From Anaerohalosphaeraceae bacterium (GTDB lineage Bacteria; Planctomycetota; Phycisphaerae; Sedimentisphaerales; Anaerohalosphaeraceae), in the NCBI GenBank assembly GCA_963675525.2, contig CAXXSL010000011.1:544001-608000 (forward strand): a DNA stretch of 64,000 nucleotides, read 5' to 3'. Of this stretch, positions 60,433 through 64,000 are shown piece by piece. Position numbers and translations under genes: made by a program. How positions within the stretch are numbered: position 1 is the first letter of the stretch; each line of letters starts with the position of its first letter. The notes under the pieces were generated by a model. The model ran no database searches. It worked only from the letters and a program-made list of their open reading frames with translations, and was not told where the DNA came from.

Positions 60433-60461
60433 AGTATAACAGGCCTGCCGGACCAAAGCAA
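60433..60461 (-). promoter_or_regulatory. Sigma70 promoter of the pyrR-pyrB-pyrC operon
   Basis: Minus strand TTGCTT, 17 bp spacer, TATACT, with TG extended -10. Confidence 0.6.
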
Positions 60462-60577
60462 GTATTATCGTACCAGGAAAATGCTGTTTTGAAAATGCAC
60501 TTATTCGTATGATTTAGTTGAAAAAGAGACGTGTTTTATGATAGAATTAAGCTGGGTTTAGCTTTTTTGGAGAGTAA

Positions 60578-62335
60578 TTGGCTTCCAGAATGAAGAAAAC
60601 TTGTTACCGGGCCCATCGGGTGATATTAAGCCTGCATCTTTTGCTGACGGGTTTATCGGCGTTGGCATGGGCGGATCTGCCGCTGGAACCGGCAGCACTG
60701 GACTACACCGGCATACGAACCCTGACTCAACAGGATCCAAACCTGACCGGTCAGGATGTTCTGATTGCCGCTGTCTGCCGAAGCATGACCTACGTCAATG
60801 ATAAGCCGCAGAATGATTACCGTTTTAATACAGAACACGACTGTCTGTACCGTTCAGACGTGGTCTTCGCCGATAAAACGGATGGACGGTTCGGCATCTC
60901 ATCTCACGCGACCGCCATCGCCGGCATCCTGCTTGGACAGGACGAAGAAGCCCTGCATCCGGCTGCAGGACAATTTCAATACCGCGGAGTCTGCCCTGGC
61001 GCCTCTGTCGATGTGTACGAATTCTGGCGGTTTGTGACTATGATTCTTTTCGATAAACAGCCGTTTGAGGCCGATGTCATTTCGCTCAGTCTCGGCGAAA
61101 CCTTTGAAAACTGGTGGACCCGCGGACTGGAAAATATGGCGGTTGAAAAAAATATGATTGTCATCGCCAGTATCGGAAACGGAACCGATGCCTATAATAT
61201 GCTGTATCCGGGTGCGGGTGCCAATTGCATTGGTGTCGGCGTTATCGATGCGGCGGTCGATGAAAACGGCCTCGTCAGCCTGCGTGAATTTTCGACTCCT
61301 AAAGAGGGCACTTCCAGTGTCGGCCCGACAAGTGACCTGCGATGTAAGCCGGATATTGTCGCTCCGGGAACAGTTCTGGTTCCGACCCATGATAACGACA
61401 CTGATTATATCCTGCAGACAAACTGGTCCTCGCTGTCGGCGCCCATGGTCAGTGGCACAACCGCACTCCTGCTGCAGAAAGCTTATTCTGACCCGACATT
61501 GGGAACAGCTTTTGATCAACCCGGGAAAAATTCCGTTATCAAAACCATCCTGTTAAACTCTGCGGAAAAACTCCCGTTCTGGCACAAGGGACAGATTACC
61601 CCTGACGACGACTCGCAGACTCCGTTGGACTTTTCCCAGGGCGCCGGTGCACTCGATGCCGTCGCGGCATATGACCAGTTTGTCGCCGGACAGCATAACC
61701 CGGGTTCTGTACCCCAACTCGGCTGGGATAATCGTATCCTTGAGGCCAACGATAGCCGGCACGATTACATCATAGAAGCCGTCGAACCCAATCAAATGAT
61801 CACGGCAACGCTGTGCTGGAATTATCATTATCAGAATCAATTTCCCTTCGGACATCTGCTCGACAACGATGTGAATTTAAAGCTTGAACTGTGGGGCATC
61901 GACCCGAACGGATCCGAAAACGAAATACTGGTGGACGTCTGCGACAGTGTTAATGACAATATCGAACACCTCTACGTTAAGTCAGATGACCGCTTTGCAG
62001 ATTATATCATTCGTGTTGTTTTCAGCGACTCGCAACTCATTGATGCATCCACGCAGGAGCGTTACGCCATGGCTTGGTCCGTTCGCAATAACGTCACAGA
62101 CAAAAAGTGGTGGCAAGATCTCAATGCAGACAATAAGATCGATACACTGGACCTCTGGACTTACCTTATTATCGACCAACAGATTACCAATTCCCTGGAC
62201 CAGTTGTTCGCCGAGAAGGTACTGAACCTGTCCCCTGAACGCATCCAGCTGCTGGAAAGCAACTGGCAAAACTGGAAAACCCATCTGACCGATTTCCTGA
62301 AAGCCTTCAGCAATTCGGAAACCGCCGCTCTGTAA
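60578..62335 (+). CDS. Secreted S8 subtilisin-like protein with atypical catalytic motifs
   Basis: Signal peptide; HATAIAGIL, IASIGN, KPDIVAPG, SSLSAPMVSG, K.IL.NSA, QGAG.LD; C-terminal DLNADNKID EF/dockerin-like motif. Confidence 0.85.
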   Translation: MASRMKKTCYRAHRVILSLHLLLTGLSALAWADLPLEPAALDYTGIRTLTQQDPNLTGQDVLIAAVCRSMTYVNDKPQNDYRFNTEHDCLYRSDVVFADKTDGRFGISSHATAIAGILLGQDEEALHPAAGQFQYRGVCPGASVDVYEFWRFVTMILFDKQPFEADVISLSLGETFENWWTRGLENMAVEKNMIVIASIGNGTDAYNMLYPGAGANCIGVGVIDAAVDENGLVSLREFSTPKEGTSSVGPTSDLRCKPDIVAPGTVLVPTHDNDTDYILQTNWSSLSAPMVSGTTALLLQKAYSDPTLGTAFDQPGKNSVIKTILLNSAEKLPFWHKGQITPDDDSQTPLDFSQGAGALDAVAAYDQFVAGQHNPGSVPQLGWDNRILEANDSRHDYIIEAVEPNQMITATLCWNYHYQNQFPFGHLLDNDVNLKLELWGIDPNGSENEILVDVCDSVNDNIEHLYVKSDDRFADYIIRVVFSDSQLIDASTQERYAMAWSVRNNVTDKKWWQDLNADNKIDTLDLWTYLIIDQQITNSLDQLFAEKVLNLSPERIQLLESNWQNWKTHLTDFLKAFSNSETAAL

Positions 62336-62387
62336 AACCAACGCGGAAAAACCTCAGTGATTCTATGGAGATACACCGCCATAGCAC

Positions 62388-62846
62388 TTATTCACCAAGT
62401 ACCGCCCATTCGAGGTCGGTCGCCTGACTGTTTGAAATGCCGGAGAGGATGTGTTTGACATCCCCAAAAGTTGCAGTTTTATCGCAGCGGAGACGGATCG
62501 TACGTTCGGATGTCTTATTTTCGGACAAAAAATCGTCGATCGCCGATTGAATTAACATCGCTTGGTCGCTGCCTTTGACGGCTCGCAGTTTCTCAGAGCC
62601 GACCATACACACAGATTGCTCGTTTTCGGCCGCCATCACCGTAATCGTCAGCGGTTGTGTCCGGGAGGTTTCGTTCTTTTGAGCGGAACTGATATGATCG
62701 GGAACTTCAACCTGAAATTGTTCGGCAGCAATAAACTGGCAGACCAGCATAAAGAAAATGATCAGCAGAAACACGACGTCAATGATCGGCGTCATGTCAA
62801 ATGACTCGGCCTCAAACGAACGTCTTTTGTTCCAATTCAACTGCAT
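62388..62846 (-). CDS. exbD: ExbD/TolR family biopolymer transport protein
   Basis: DMTPIIDVVFLLIIFFML, LRCD....FG.V. Confidence 0.9.
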   Translation of the reverse strand: MQLNWNKRRSFEAESFDMTPIIDVVFLLIIFFMLVCQFIAAEQFQVEVPDHISSAQKNETSRTQPLTITVMAAENEQSVCMVGSEKLRAVKGSDQAMLIQSAIDDFLSENKTSERTIRLRCDKTATFGDVKHILSGISNSQATDLEWAVLGE

Positions 62847-62855
62847 CGTCGAGCC

Positions 62856-63803
62856 TTATTCCGCCATTTGTGACGGCGGCTGCGGATTGACCGGCTGAAT
62901 ATCCGCTTTGCGTTTTATCAATCGCCCCTGCAAGGGCTGGTTTTGCATCCGTTTTTGTTTTCTGCGAAGAAAAGTACCCTTCGGCTGAGGTTTTGTCTCT
63001 TCGGCTTTAACCGGCGGCGAAGCCGGTTCAATCGTCGCCAACATCGGTATGTCGCCGTTTTTCAGAATGCGCCCAAGCACCGCTTCGGTTTCAATGGCCG
63101 CTTCGCTGATAAACGCTTCGATCCGCGTCTGGAAAAACCCGTATAGAAACAAAGCCGGAATGGCCACAAGCAGTCCCCAGAATGTCGTCACCAGTGCCAT
63201 TGAGATCGCTTCGGCCAGCATCTCATAACGCGGCCCGCTGGTCCCCTGCCCGAGCAGGTTAAACGCACCGATCATCCCATACACCGTTCCGAACAAACCC
63301 ACCATCGGAGCAACCGAGCCGATGATCTGACACCACTGCGCTTTTCGCATCAACTGCATCCCGCGTTCCTGCAATGCTTCTGCCGCGAACTGGCGGACGG
63401 CCTGTGCCGAACCGCCCATTTGACGGCCCTGTTCCAGCGACCGCAGGATCGAACGGCTGATCAGGTCGGTACGACCGGCAAGCTTCATCGTCAGTGCACC
63501 CAACCCGTAACGAACGGCATGCGTTGCAATTTCCGATGCGATTCCCGCCGGCAGCAGTCGCTTGCGGCGCGTGTTGACCAACAGGTCGATTGCCAGATAA
63601 ACGGCGATTACAGACATCGGCAACAGCACAAACCAGACGATCGGTCCGCCGGCAACAAAAAAGTGCCGATAGAACGTCCGGCTCTGTTCACCCAGACCGG
63701 CTTCGGCAAAAACGTTTTCGACGGTAATTGCCAAGAGTAGTATCAGCAACAATTTATTTAAAGAACCGTTTTTTATCAACGTCGTTATCTCTCTTCTTAA
63801 CAA
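62856..63803 (-). CDS. MotA/TolQ/ExbB proton channel family protein
   Basis: GGP....L...S, APMVGLFGTV.GMI.AF, I..ALVTT..GL.VAIP. Confidence 0.92.
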   Translation of the reverse strand: MLRREITTLIKNGSLNKLLLILLLAITVENVFAEAGLGEQSRTFYRHFFVAGGPIVWFVLLPMSVIAVYLAIDLLVNTRRKRLLPAGIASEIATHAVRYGLGALTMKLAGRTDLISRSILRSLEQGRQMGGSAQAVRQFAAEALQERGMQLMRKAQWCQIIGSVAPMVGLFGTVYGMIGAFNLLGQGTSGPRYEMLAEAISMALVTTFWGLLVAIPALFLYGFFQTRIEAFISEAAIETEAVLGRILKNGDIPMLATIEPASPPVKAEETKPQPKGTFLRRKQKRMQNQPLQGRLIKRKADIQPVNPQPPSQMAE

Positions 63804-63807
63804 AGGG

Positions 63808-63999
63808 TTATTTCACTTCCGTATAGTTGCCGCCTGTGTTACGGGCCAGCGTTTCGAGCATGATCTGATCTCGCAGCTGTGGCCAGAATCCTATCGTATG
63901 CAGAACGGTTGAAGGTGCAAGCGATTTTCTCAAACGTTCCGTTTTTTCGATAAATAGCTGCGATCCGTCTTCATCCAGACTAAATCCATCCGTCAAAAA
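63808..63999 (-). CDS. vWA-domain protein, C-terminal end (5' part outside window)
   Basis: FLTDG ... LHTIGF ... L..LA..TGG.Y, characteristic of a vWA C-terminus. Confidence 0.75.
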   Translation of the reverse strand, partial: FLTDGFSLDEDGSQLFIEKTERLRKSLAPSTVLHTIGFWPQLRDQIMLETLARNTGGNYTEVK

Positions 64000-64000
64000 A

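Noticed and set aside
60439..60455. GGTCCGGCAGGCCT as a PyrR binding loop
   Set aside because: One base short of consensus and lies in the -35/-10 spacer of the predicted promoter, so it is probably not transcribed.
6209..62341. Long antisense or overlapping ORFs in the track (e.g. 6209-7132, 29250-29894, 42579-43259, 49501-50241, 60899-61519)
   Set aside because: They are shadows of well-supported genes on the opposite strand and have no motifs.

Overview
Bacterial chromosome segment, most likely a planctomycete of the Phycisphaerae/Sedimentisphaerales type (inferred from PEP-CTERM, prepilin/H-X9-DG and dockerin-like secreted proteins and a TPR-alphaCTD gene). 1-22.2 kb is a glycan-utilisation island: a XylR-type regulator, a six-hairpin glycosidase and GH43, then a ~15 kb minus-strand cluster lacking SusC/D (LacI, LamG, prepilin-like, clan-A GH, PEP-CTERM, Na+/solute symporter, clan-A GH, two GH130, Tat-exported ADP-ribosylglycohydrolase). 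Facing it is an SGNH esterase plus glycerophosphodiesterase pair, and the island ends at the 3' end of tRNA-Leu(TAG). 22.4-28.9 kb holds xseB/xseA, REP-like palindromes, an EVE + PD-(D/E)XK nuclease, a broken ORF6N gene and two tandem secreted paralogues; 21.1-27.3 kb is full of indels that are probably assembly errors. 29-64 kb is mainly housekeeping: ymdB-rny, nnrD, larB, GH51, tsaD, rnd, PilZ, a histidine kinase with an NtrC-type regulator, TPR + 2x RNAP alphaCTD, SpoIID, tgt-yajC-secDF, pyrR-pyrB-pyrC, an S8 protease and ExbB/ExbD. Best novelty candidates: (1) the pilin/PEP-CTERM/split-dockerin glycan locus, with a shared CBM-like module and a TA-centred LacI operator read directly from the sequence; (2) the TPR protein with two free alphaCTDs; (3) the exported ADP-ribosylglycohydrolase beside the mannoside phosphorylases. 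All family calls come from motif recognition only; no database searches were run.
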